From: an uncultured Gammaproteobacteria bacterium
GTDB taxonomy: Bacteria > Pseudomonadota > Gammaproteobacteria > JABCZS01
Assembly (NCBI GenBank): GCA_964389615.1
Contig: CAYMDW010000004.1
Coordinates: 7,001 to 71,000, forward strand
Reading direction: 5' to 3'
Length of the DNA: 64,000 bases
The notes below the pieces were generated by a model. The model saw only the letters and a program-made list of their open reading frames with translations. It did not search any database and was not told where the DNA came from. Of the stretch, positions 40,683-49,028 are shown piece by piece. Position 1 is the first letter of the stretch, and each line of letters opens with the position of its first letter. Made by a program: the position numbers and the translations under genes.

Positions 40683-41540
40683 TTATTTCTCCGCTGTTTC
40701 TGTTTGTTGCTTTTCAAAACGATAATAATCGAGGGTCTCGTACAATTCTTCGCGCGTTTGCATCATGTCGAGCACGGTGTGCTGTGAGCCTAATTGAATG
40801 ATGGTCTCATACACTTGTTCTGCAGCCAGACTCATGGCTCTAAAAGCAGACAAAGGATAAAGTGCCATGGCTATGCCCATATTCTTTAATTCATCTTGGG
40901 TAAATAATGGAGTTTTGCCGAATTCAGTGATATTCGCCAGTACCGGCTTGTTCAGGCTGTGGGACAAGCGGCTGTATTCGGCTGCGCTGTTCACCGCATC
41001 CACAAAAATCATATCGGCCCCGGCTTTGATATAAGCATGACAACGCTCAATGACTGCATCCAGCCCTTCATCGGCAAGCGCATCCGATCGCGCCATGATC
41101 ACAAAGTGTTTGTCTTTCCTGGCCGCGACCGCTTCTTGAAGACGCGCAACCATGTTCTCTCTAGAAATGAGGAACTTCCCTGGGCGATGACCGCAGCGCT
41201 TACGATCTTGTTGATCTTCCAGGTGCAAGCCTGCCGCGCCGATCGCCTCAAAGGATTGGACGGTTTTAGCGACATTTCCAAAGCCCGTGTCTGCGTCGAT
41301 TAACAGGGGTAAATTAACCGCCTTGAGGATGCGTTTGGCATCTATGAGAACATCTTCCAGGGTGGTAAAGCCCAAGTCAGGCAGTCCATAGGAGGCATTG
41401 GCCACCCCTGCCCCCGAAAGGTACAGGGCGGCGAAACCGGCATCACGGGCCAACATGGCCGAATAGGCGTTGATGGCCCCAGCAATAGGGAGGGGTTGAT
41501 GGGAGGGCAGTAATTGACGAAATCGTAAACCAGCTGACAT
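40683..41540 (-). CDS. prpB: Methylisocitrate lyase
   Basis: ICL/PEP-mutase family: LYLSGAGVANASYGLPDLG, EDQQDRKRCGH. Start at ATG 41540 after AAGGA; the ORF track starts at 41576. Confidence 0.9.
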   Translation of the reverse strand: MSAGLRFRQLLPSHQPLPIAGAINAYSAMLARDAGFAALYLSGAGVANASYGLPDLGFTTLEDVLIDAKRILKAVNLPLLIDADTGFGNVAKTVQSFEAIGAAGLHLEDQQDRKRCGHRPGKFLISRENMVARLQEAVAARKDKHFVIMARSDALADEGLDAVIERCHAYIKAGADMIFVDAVNSAAEYSRLSHSLNKPVLANITEFGKTPLFTQDELKNMGIAMALYPLSAFRAMSLAAEQVYETIIQLGSQHTVLDMMQTREELYETLDYYRFEKQQTETAEK

Positions 41541-41616
41541 ACTCGCGTCCTTGCGAAATAATCCAGGGTTAATCATAGCCTAGATAGGGGGGAGCGTGAA
41601 GAGGGGGGTGTGGGGA

Positions 41617-41655
41617 GGGCGGATGAGTACAGCTCTAATCCGCCCCTACGCACAG
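41617..41655. repeat. Truncated relic of the 126-bp element (left half only)
   Basis: GGGCGGATGAGTAC...ATCCGCCCCTACGCACAG shares the 15-mer CGCCCCTACGCACAG (41641-41655) and the GGGCG.AT..AGTAC block with copies A and B. The right arm GTGCGTAGG is absent. Confidence 0.4.
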
Positions 41656-41750
41656 CCCCAAAATCCTTCAAATCATTCAAAAACAATTGTAGATTAAAAT
41701 AGGCAATATTTGATATCATCTTCCACAGATCTTTACCCACGGAGTCTCTC

Positions 41751-41861
41751 ATGAAAAAAGGCCTTTCAGACGACATGCTCGACGGCATCGTAATCACCCT
41801 GCTTATCCTCTCCATCGCCGCTGGAGTCAGTTACTGGTTATACACCATCACTGCCGCTTAA
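41751..41861 (+). CDS. Possible 36-aa single-TM peptide
   Basis: GGAG lies 7 nt upstream of the ATG. MKKGLSDDMLDGIVITLLILSIAAGVSYWLYTITAA. Its 3' end overlaps the convergent RND gene by 24 nt. Below the ORF-track cut-off. Confidence 0.25.
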   Translation: MKKGLSDDMLDGIVITLLILSIAAGVSYWLYTITAA

Positions 41862-44800
41862 ACGGCGCCCCGTGATCAGGGTGTAAGCGACAGGGACCAC
41901 CAATAACGAGAACAAGGTCCCGAACAGCATCCCCCCGACAATGACCCAGCCCATTTGGGAACGGGCGACCGCCCCTGCTCCTGAGGCGAAGGCTAAGGGC
42001 AAGGCGCCTAGAATCATCGAACCCGTCGTCATTAAAATCGGACGCAAACGGGTCACGGCGGATTGAATCACGGCCTCGTATTTATCCAGCCCCTCGGCCC
42101 GCAAATGATTGGCAAATTCAACAATCAAAATCCCATGCTTGGTGATCAGACCAATCAAGGTCACGAAACCGATTTGGGTGTAAATATTATTGGTGCCTCC
42201 TGTGATCTTCAACAGCAAGGCCGCGCCAATAATAGAGAATGGGACGGTGAGCATGATGATGAAGGGATCACGGAAACTTTCAAACTGAGCCGCCAAAACC
42301 AAATAAATAAAGACCAAGGCTAAGCCAATGGTAACCTTCATGGCGCCACTGGACTCAATAAAGCTTTTGGTGAAGCCCACCCAAGTTGATTTGGCATTCA
42401 CGGGCAGGGTTTGGGCAGCTATGGTTTCCAGGCGATCCACCGCCGCGTCTAAACTCACCCCGGGAGCAAGATTCGCAGAGATCCGCGCTGCACGCAGGCG
42501 ATTGTAATGAGGCAAAGCTTCGGGCTTGACCACATTACTGATCGTGATCAAAGAACCCAGGGGCACCATTTGCCCACCCGGAGCCCGAACAAACACATCA
42601 TTAAGACGGTCAGGGTCGGTCCGTAAATCTTCCGCCATTTGGACCACCACATCGTAGTTTTCCCCGCCCGACTCAAAAGCAGTGATATTGCGCCCCGCGA
42701 ATAAAATACTGAGGGCATCGTAAATATCCCCGATGCTGATCCCTAAATTGGCCGCAAGCTCGCGATCAAAGGTCAGATTGATTTGCTGACTGTCCATTTT
42801 CAAGTCTGATTTAATGCTGAGGAAATCGCCGGTTTTTTCTGCAGACTCCTTCAGTTTTTCGATCACCGCGTGCAGTTCCGCATAGGTGCCTGATAATTGA
42901 ACCACCATGTCAATCGGACTGTCTCCAGAACCTCCCCCATCAATGGGGGGCAATTCAAAGGCAAAAACCCGTGCCCCCGGAATACTGAAAAGTCGGGGCA
43001 TCACCGAGCCGAGAATCTCAGTCTGACTGCGATCACGATCACTCCACTCTTTGAGCGACATAAAAGCCATCCCAGAACTGCTGCTCCCTCGCCCCGTGAT
43101 CGCCACCACATTGGCTCGTTCAGGCACCGTTAACAAGACTTGTTCCAACTTACCGATTTGTTCTTGGGTATACCTGAAACTGCTGCCCGTCGGCGCATTC
43201 GCCACCGCAATAATAATCCCCGTGTCTTCGATCGGGGCCAGCTCTGCATCTAAGGACAGGAATAAACCCGCTCCTAGACCGCCGAGAATGAAAAACAAGA
43301 TCACAATCCGTTTACGGCGCTGAAGCATTTTTGATAAAAAATTTCTATAAAGATGATTTAATCTCTCTGATGCGGCTTCTAATTTTTTCATGTAGGCATT
43401 TTGATCACCGACAGGCTTCAAGACATAAGCACACATCATCGGGGAGAGTGTCAATGCGACAAACCCAGAAATCACGACTGCCCCGGCCAAGGTAAAGGCA
43501 AACTCTCTGAAAATATCCCCTGTAAATCCTTGCGTAAAACCAATCGGCGCATACACGGCGGCCAGAGTGACTGTCATGGCAATGATCGCGAAGGTGATTT
43601 CGGCACTGCCCTTCATGGCCGCGTCCAAAGGCTTCATGCCCTCTTCGATATGGCGATAAACGTTTTCCAGCATCACGATCGCATCGTCAACCACCAGGCC
43701 GATGGCCAAGACCATGGCAAGCAATGTCATGGTGTTGATCGTGTAACCCATGAGGTAAATCAAACCGAAACTGGCAACAAGGCACAGTGGGATGGTGATG
43801 ATAGGAATAATCGTGGTTCGAAACGACCCTAAAAATGCCAACATGACCAAGACCACTAAAATAATCGCTTCGAAAATGGTGCGGTACACTTCATGAATGG
43901 AGGCTTTAATGAAGGTCGCATTATCAAAGACCACTTCGGCCTTCATGCCCTCGGGCAAGGCGCGTTGGAAGCCCTCTAAGCGCTCGTTCACTAGCGCAGA
44001 CACCTCGACGGGGTTCGCCGTCGATTGTGGAATAATGGCCAATACGATGGCCCGATTGCCATTAACCCGAACACTGGTGTCAGTATCGCGAGGACCGAGC
44101 TCCACCTTGGCAATGTCACCCAAGCGAACCAGCTTGCCCCGCTCATCTCGAATGATGACGCTGCGGAAGGCCTCGATGTTTTCAAGTTTTGTACTCGGGT
44201 TAACCGTGAAATTTCGAAAATTACTTTTGATTTCTCCGCTGGGCAGAGCCGTGTTTTCAGCAATCAGGGCATCACTGATGTCGTTCACTGTCACGCCACG
44301 CGCCGCCATTTCCAGAGGTTCTGGCCAAATCCGAACGGCGTAACGCTGTGCACCGAAAACGAATACATTACCCACTCCTTCGACCTGTTGTAAATCCGGG
44401 CGGATGTAGCGTTCTACATAATCCGTGACCTCGAGTGCATTACGTCTTTTATCGCTGAAACTGATGTAAATAGAGGGACTGGTGTTGGGGTCAGCCTTGA
44501 TGAGCACGGGTTCATCGGCCTCTTCAGAAAGACCACGACGCACCCGGGATAACTGATCTCGCAAATCATTCATCCCATCTGCTGTATTGAAATTAGGCAC
44601 AAAGGTCACGACGACACTGCTGCTTCCCATGCTGCTGGTAGAGGCAATCGACTCAATGCCTTCCACCCCCACGATCGCATTTTCGATCGGAAGGGTTATT
44701 TCACTTTCGACGAGTTCTGCACTGGCGCCCCGGTAGGCGGTGCTGATTTGAACGGTGAACTGATCCGTGCGCGGAAGTTCACGGACCGCCAAACGATCAA

Positions 44801-44885
44801 ATCCAATATAGCCAATAATCAACAAAAGAATATTGAGGACAATCGCGAAAACAGGACGTTTGATACACAGCTCGGGTAATCGCAT
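41838..44885 (-). CDS. RND efflux transporter, inner-membrane permease (AcrB/MdtB-like)
   Basis: 1015 aa with 12-TM/2-large-loop RND organisation, and typical N-terminus [30 protein letters not shown] overlap with the upstream adaptor gene. Confidence 0.92.
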   Translation of the reverse strand: MRLPELCIKRPVFAIVLNILLLIIGYIGFDRLAVRELPRTDQFTVQISTAYRGASAELVESEITLPIENAIVGVEGIESIASTSSMGSSSVVVTFVPNFNTADGMNDLRDQLSRVRRGLSEEADEPVLIKADPNTSPSIYISFSDKRRNALEVTDYVERYIRPDLQQVEGVGNVFVFGAQRYAVRIWPEPLEMAARGVTVNDISDALIAENTALPSGEIKSNFRNFTVNPSTKLENIEAFRSVIIRDERGKLVRLGDIAKVELGPRDTDTSVRVNGNRAIVLAIIPQSTANPVEVSALVNERLEGFQRALPEGMKAEVVFDNATFIKASIHEVYRTIFEAIILVVLVMLAFLGSFRTTIIPIITIPLCLVASFGLIYLMGYTINTMTLLAMVLAIGLVVDDAIVMLENVYRHIEEGMKPLDAAMKGSAEITFAIIAMTVTLAAVYAPIGFTQGFTGDIFREFAFTLAGAVVISGFVALTLSPMMCAYVLKPVGDQNAYMKKLEAASERLNHLYRNFLSKMLQRRKRIVILFFILGGLGAGLFLSLDAELAPIEDTGIIIAVANAPTGSSFRYTQEQIGKLEQVLLTVPERANVVAITGRGSSSSGMAFMSLKEWSDRDRSQTEILGSVMPRLFSIPGARVFAFELPPIDGGGSGDSPIDMVVQLSGTYAELHAVIEKLKESAEKTGDFLSIKSDLKMDSQQINLTFDRELAANLGISIGDIYDALSILFAGRNITAFESGGENYDVVVQMAEDLRTDPDRLNDVFVRAPGGQMVPLGSLITISNVVKPEALPHYNRLRAARISANLAPGVSLDAAVDRLETIAAQTLPVNAKSTWVGFTKSFIESSGAMKVTIGLALVFIYLVLAAQFESFRDPFIIMLTVPFSIIGAALLLKITGGTNNIYTQIGFVTLIGLITKHGILIVEFANHLRAEGLDKYEAVIQSAVTRLRPILMTTGSMILGALPLAFASGAGAVARSQMGWVIVGGMLFGTLFSLLVVPVAYTLITGRRLSGSDGV

Positions 44886-45943
44886 TATTCACCTGCTTTT
44901 TGAATGTCGACCAAAGCCCCATCGCGCAGGTTTTGATGCCCTTGCAACACGAGGGTATCGCCTGCCTGAAGGCCCGAAAGGATTTGAACAGCCCCGTCTT
45001 TTCGGGTGCCAATCTCGATGGGGGTCGCCAAGGCTTTCCCTTCGACCACGCGAAAGACTTGATAACCTGTGATGCTAGGAACCAGCGCTTCCTCAGGAAC
45101 AATCAGTGCATTCGGGGTAATCGTCAGGACCTGCAAGACCGTTCCAGACAAACCGGGCAATAATTTTCCATGAGGATTGTCAAACACCGCCTCGACCGCG
45201 AGGGTTCGCGTGGCCACATCGACCGAGGGACTGAGGTAATTCACCGCCCCTACGAATTTTTCGTTCGGATAAGCCGGAGTTTCAAAAGTCACTGCAGAAT
45301 TCAGCTTCAGATGCTCCAGATAACGCTGAGGCACGGAATATCGAATCTGGAGCTTCGTTTTATCGACCAAGCTCACCAGAGGTTGGCCTGCTGTGATGTA
45401 CTGACCCACACTGTAGGTACTCGACCCCACCTGACCATCAAAGGGCGCTCTGAGCGTGGTTTTATCAAGCTCAGCCTGCGCGAGGGTGACTTCGGCTTCC
45501 GCGACTTTTAAATCTGCCTCACTTTTATCAAATTCTTGTTTTGAAACCGCGCCCCGGGATTGAAGATTTTTCAGACGATTGTAGTCGACCTCACTGAGTT
45601 GTTTTTGAGCCTGGGCCTGTAGCAGTTTTGCTTCTTCCGTGTTATCTTCCAGCTTGATGAGGACATCGCCTTTTTTCACCTGCGCACCGTTAGTGAAAGG
45701 GATGCTCTCGATCGTGCCTCCTATTTCAGCAGCGATTTCAGCACTGTTAATCGCCGTGAGTGTGCCTAGAGCCCTCACCAGGGTGGGCATGTCTTGGCTT
45801 GAGACCTGCGTCACGATCACCACGCTTTTAGGGGGCATGAAGCCACCTTTGCCTGCTTTTTTGGTCCATTGCCAAGCGCCCATCGCAAGAATGAGAAGCA
45901 GACTGACTATCATGATGATTTTACGTTTCGGAATACGTTTCAT
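44885..45943 (-). CDS. RND efflux periplasmic adaptor (membrane fusion protein)
   Basis: N-terminal anchor helix, lipoyl/hairpin/beta-barrel pattern (GDVLIKLED...[23 protein letters not shown]), translationally coupled to the RND pump. Confidence 0.9.
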   Translation of the reverse strand: MKRIPKRKIIMIVSLLLILAMGAWQWTKKAGKGGFMPPKSVVIVTQVSSQDMPTLVRALGTLTAINSAEIAAEIGGTIESIPFTNGAQVKKGDVLIKLEDNTEEAKLLQAQAQKQLSEVDYNRLKNLQSRGAVSKQEFDKSEADLKVAEAEVTLAQAELDKTTLRAPFDGQVGSSTYSVGQYITAGQPLVSLVDKTKLQIRYSVPQRYLEHLKLNSAVTFETPAYPNEKFVGAVNYLSPSVDVATRTLAVEAVFDNPHGKLLPGLSGTVLQVLTITPNALIVPEEALVPSITGYQVFRVVEGKALATPIEIGTRKDGAVQILSGLQAGDTLVLQGHQNLRDGALVDIQKAGE

Positions 45944-45981
45944 GGGATCCTCAATGTGCGCTTAGGGCGCCCGTACACAAT

Positions 45982-46794
45982 ATGAATAAGGATAACTTAA
46001 TGAGCAAAGATCTACAAAGAACGATTGAAAATGCCTTTGATCATATCCAAGATCAAACCCCCTCCACCGCCTCGGCTGAACTCATGAGGGCCATCGAGAC
46101 CGTCATGAATGCCCTGAGTCAAGGCCAACTTCGCGTGGCTGAAAAAATAAACGACCAATGGCGGGTGAATGATTGGGTTAAAAAAGCGATTCTACTCTAT
46201 TTCCGGACCCATGATAACAGGCATATCGATGCGGGATACACCTCATTTTACGATAAGATTCCGCTGAAAACTCCCGAAGGGGTCAGAACTGTCCCCGGGG
46301 CCATCGTCCGTCAAGGCGCTTTCGTGGGTGCCAATACGGTACTCATGCCCAGTTTTGTGAACATCGGCGCCTACATCGACACCGGCTGCATGATCGACAC
46401 CTGGGCCACCGTGGGGTCTTGCGTGCAAGTGGGTAAAAACGTCCATGTCTCTGGGGGCGCGGGCCTTGGCGGCGTGTTAGAACCGCTTCAAGCGAATCCG
46501 ACCATCATTGAAGACGATTGCTTTATTGGGGCACGCAGTGAAATCGTTGAAGGCGTGATCGTCGGTGCCGGCGCAGTGATCAGCATGGGGGTCTTTATCG
46601 GGGCGAGCACAAAAATTTATGATCGCAGCACGGGTGAAATCACACAAGGGGTTGTTCCGCCCGGTGCAGTCGTGGTCCCTGGCTCACTTCCCGCCGCCGA
46701 TGGTTCACACAGTTTGGCTTGCGCGGTGATTGTGAAGCGTGTGGATTTGGCCACGCGTAAAAAAGTGGGGATCAATGCCCTACTGAGGGATTAA
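45982..46794 (+). CDS. dapD: 2,3,4,5-tetrahydropyridine-2,6-dicarboxylate N-succinyltransferase
   Basis: [27 protein letters not shown]-domain and left-handed beta-helix hexapeptide repeats. Alternative start at ATG 46000. Confidence 0.92.
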   Translation: MNKDNLMSKDLQRTIENAFDHIQDQTPSTASAELMRAIETVMNALSQGQLRVAEKINDQWRVNDWVKKAILLYFRTHDNRHIDAGYTSFYDKIPLKTPEGVRTVPGAIVRQGAFVGANTVLMPSFVNIGAYIDTGCMIDTWATVGSCVQVGKNVHVSGGAGLGGVLEPLQANPTIIEDDCFIGARSEIVEGVIVGAGAVISMGVFIGASTKIYDRSTGEITQGVVPPGAVVVPGSLPAADGSHSLACAVIVKRVDLATRKKVGINALLRD

Positions 46795-46801
46795 GCGTCT
46801 T

Positions 46802-46842
46802 TCGTCGCGAGGGCTAAATCGGGCAATTTGCCCCTGCGACGA
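46802..46842. terminator. Imperfect hairpin between convergent dapD and the 46856 gene
   Basis: TCGTCGC(G)AGGG...CCCTGCGACGA with an 18-nt loop. No U-tract. Confidence 0.3.
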
Positions 46843-46855
46843 ATCGCTCTCTACC

Positions 46856-47290
46856 TCAGAACCCTAAACAACAACCAAATCTGGGCGCCCAATTCAAGCG
46901 CACCTGCAATTGATTCGAATAATGTCCCTGCTGATTCATAATAATTTCCTGATCCACCTCAAACCGCGCCCCTTTCGGTAGCTTAGCCGCAATCGCAGGA
47001 TCCTCCCTTAGGGCCCGACAAACCCCCTCATAAAATGAAATGGAGTCATCTCGACGCGTGGCAGCGATAGCCCTGTCTTCCACCGCCTTGTAGCTTTCGA
47101 GAAAAGGTTCAGGCGCTGTTGTAAAAAAGGTAAGCTGAGTCTCTGTATCAGGAACCAAATCTATTCTATCGAGAAAATTTTTTTTCAGCCTCAGAAATTC
47201 CTGCTCTTCCTCGGGATTCACGCCGAATTGTTTGGACAAAAGCGGTGTTTTTTCTGTCGAATAGATTGAATTGATTGAAAATTTTAACAT
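46856..47290 (-). CDS. Hypothetical 144-aa protein ending in CaaX-like CCLGF
   Basis: No signal peptide or TM segment and no recognised domain. The C-terminus ...NWAPRFGCCLGF places Cys at -4 and -5. Confidence 0.55.
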   Translation of the reverse strand: MLKFSINSIYSTEKTPLLSKQFGVNPEEEQEFLRLKKNFLDRIDLVPDTETQLTFFTTAPEPFLESYKAVEDRAIAATRRDDSISFYEGVCRALREDPAIAAKLPKGARFEVDQEIIMNQQGHYSNQLQVRLNWAPRFGCCLGF

Positions 47291-47369
47291 GTCAGTTTCC
47301 TTGTTTTGCTTCTAGTACTTAGAAGTGTAGCAAAGAAATGAAAGGCTGTAGGTCAAATGGCAGTCTCGT

Positions 47370-48050
47370 TTAATCAACGACCTTATGACGAATATAAGTA
47401 GGATGCGCTTGCTCAGCAGGAATCGCTAATCCCTGGGCAAAGTCTGCCAAGGCAAGTTGAACAATCGCCTCGGCTTCAGGGAGGATGTCTTCGTAGAGGG
47501 CTGCCTGTGCATTGCCCGTCGCTTCGGTGAGTGGCCCTAAATAGGCTTGCCAACCAGCCCCACTGCCCACCCATGCGTTAAGCGTTTTAGGCAAAGGAAC
47601 GGATTTAGGAGCGTAAACGCCCTCTTCTTTGTAGCGCTTCATGAGGAATTTTTTATCGGCTTTATAGAGCCCCCAATACACCTCGTGTTGACGCGCATCC
47701 AGTGCCGTCATGACCTGAGTTGCACCGAATTGTTGAGCCGTCACCCAAGCAATCGCTCGTAAGGTAGAGATGGGAATGACGGGCACCCCAGCCCCGAAGG
47801 CTAAGCCCTGAGCAATCCCCGTGGCGATCCGTATCCCAGTGAAACTGCCGGGGCCACAGCCAAAGGCGACAGCATCCAGCTGGTTTAACTTCACTTCCGC
47901 TTCAAGCAAAAGCCCATCAATCAAGCTGAGCAGGCGCTGTGCGTGCTCCCGAGGGGCGGCCACTTTGCGTGAATAAATTTGCCCGCCCTTGGACAGGGCA
48001 GCGGAACATAAATCGGTGGTGGTGTCGATGGCGAGTATGGTTGCAGTCAT
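47370..48050 (-). CDS. tsaB: tRNA threonylcarbamoyladenosine biosynthesis protein TsaB (YeaZ)
   Basis: MTATILAIDTTTDLCSAAL..., GPGSFTGIRIATGIAQGLA. Start at ATG 48050 by homology; the ORF could extend to 48092. Confidence 0.88.
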   Translation of the reverse strand: MTATILAIDTTTDLCSAALSKGGQIYSRKVAAPREHAQRLLSLIDGLLLEAEVKLNQLDAVAFGCGPGSFTGIRIATGIAQGLAFGAGVPVIPISTLRAIAWVTAQQFGATQVMTALDARQHEVYWGLYKADKKFLMKRYKEEGVYAPKSVPLPKTLNAWVGSGAGWQAYLGPLTEATGNAQAALYEDILPEAEAIVQLALADFAQGLAIPAEQAHPTYIRHKVVD

Positions 48051-48104
48051 CGGAGAATTATAACAGAAAATAAGGACAGAGTGCACCATCATGGAATCCC
48101 CATG

Positions 48105-48133
48105 AAAAAAGGCCTGCTTAAAAAGCAGGCCTT
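48105..48133 (-). terminator. Rho-independent terminator of the histone-like gene
   Basis: The minus strand reads AAGGCCTGCT-TTTTA-AGCAGGCCTT followed by TTTT(C); 10-bp GC-rich stem. Confidence 0.65.
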
Positions 48134-48196
48134 CGGTCCCCTAAACCTTTGCCCCAATATCAAGTCGAGGGCGACAGGTTTGCTATCGCTTAAATA

Positions 48197-48760
48197 TTAA
48201 GCTGCAGCAACTACAGGACGCTTAGCAGCACGTTTAACGGTGCGCTTTACAGTGCGTTTTTTACCAGAAGTTTTTTTAGCAACTTTGGCTTTCACTTTTA
48301 CAGTTTTAGCCTTGGTAGCTTTCTTCTTGGTTGCTTTTGCTTTTTTAGGAGCAGCAGCTTTTTTAGCTTTAGCTTTTACAGCTTTACGCTTTTTAGGCGC
48401 AGCTTTTTTAGCTTTAGCAGCAGCGGCTAGTTTTTTCAAAGCAGCAGCTAGTTCTTTTTTGACCTTGGCCAACTCTTTCTTGTGAGCGGCTTTGATCTTG
48501 GCAACAGCTTTCTTCGCTGCCGCTTTTTCTTTCTTCACAGAAGCCATAGCTTTGCGAAGGGTAGCGCGGACGCGAGCAGCAGCTGCTCCCACTTTAGCTG
48601 TAGACTTACGTTTTTTAGGCGCAGCTTTCACAGCTTTCTTAGCAGTTGTTTTACGCTTAGCAGCTTTTTTAGGAGCAGCTTTGCGTTTTGCGGTTACCTT
48701 TACTTTCTTGGTAACTGCGGTCTTGGCTTTCGCCGTACGTTTTTTGGTAGCCATAGTCAT
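48197..48760 (-). CDS. Lys/Ala-rich histone H1-like nucleoid protein
   Basis: 187 aa composed almost entirely of K, A, T, V, R, with reiterated AAPKKRK / KAKKAAAPKKAKATKKKATKAK units. Resembles the eukaryotic H1 C-terminal tail and bacterial H1-like proteins (Chlamydia Hc1, Coxiella Hq1, AlgP/BpH type). Confidence 0.8.
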   Translation of the reverse strand: MTMATKKRTAKAKTAVTKKVKVTAKRKAAPKKAAKRKTTAKKAVKAAPKKRKSTAKVGAAAARVRATLRKAMASVKKEKAAAKKAVAKIKAAHKKELAKVKKELAAALKKLAAAAKAKKAAPKKRKAVKAKAKKAAAPKKAKATKKKATKAKTVKVKAKVAKKTSGKKRTVKRTVKRAAKRPVVAAA

Positions 48761-48956
48761 TTGTCTCCTGAACTACTGATATAAGGGCGGTTACTGAAAA
48801 ACTTAGCACATGTACTGATAACTTCCACAAAAAACAAGTTGTTTTTACAAGTTTTTTGCGAGAAAAACGATAAAACGAAGTCTATCACATTGTTTTTAGA
48901 GGATTTTTTATGATTAAAAAAATATGAAATATTTTTCAAAAAGTTAGCATTTTCGC

Positions 48957-48983
48957 ATGAAAAAATTCAAAAATACCCATCAA
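48957..48983 (+). promoter_or_regulatory. Sigma32-like heat-shock promoter candidate upstream of lon
   Basis: ATGAAA (48957-48962), 13 nt, then CCCATCAA (48976-48983), compared with the consensus TTGAAA-N13/14-CCCCATNT. 46 nt upstream of lon ATG 49029. Confidence 0.35.
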
Positions 48984-49028
48984 TGATCCTTCGACAAGGC
49001 CGATATTTGGCGTGTTAGGAGAGAAAAG

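Noticed and set aside
41573-41815. 80-aa minus-strand ORF upstream of prpB
   Set aside because: It overlaps the repeat relic and the prpB 5' region. It has no SD and a low-complexity Ser/Pro-rich translation.
43401-44393. Plus-strand ORFs of 122-148 aa inside the RND permease gene
   Set aside because: They are antisense to a 1015-aa gene with unmistakable RND organisation. Their Arg/His-rich translations are typical of reverse frames.
48240-48784. Three plus-strand ORFs (81-100 aa) rich in Phe/Leu/Ala opposite the histone-like gene
   Set aside because: They are the mirror image of a Lys/Ala low-complexity gene (AAA/GCT read backwards gives TTT/AGC). The minus-strand gene has the SD and the terminator.
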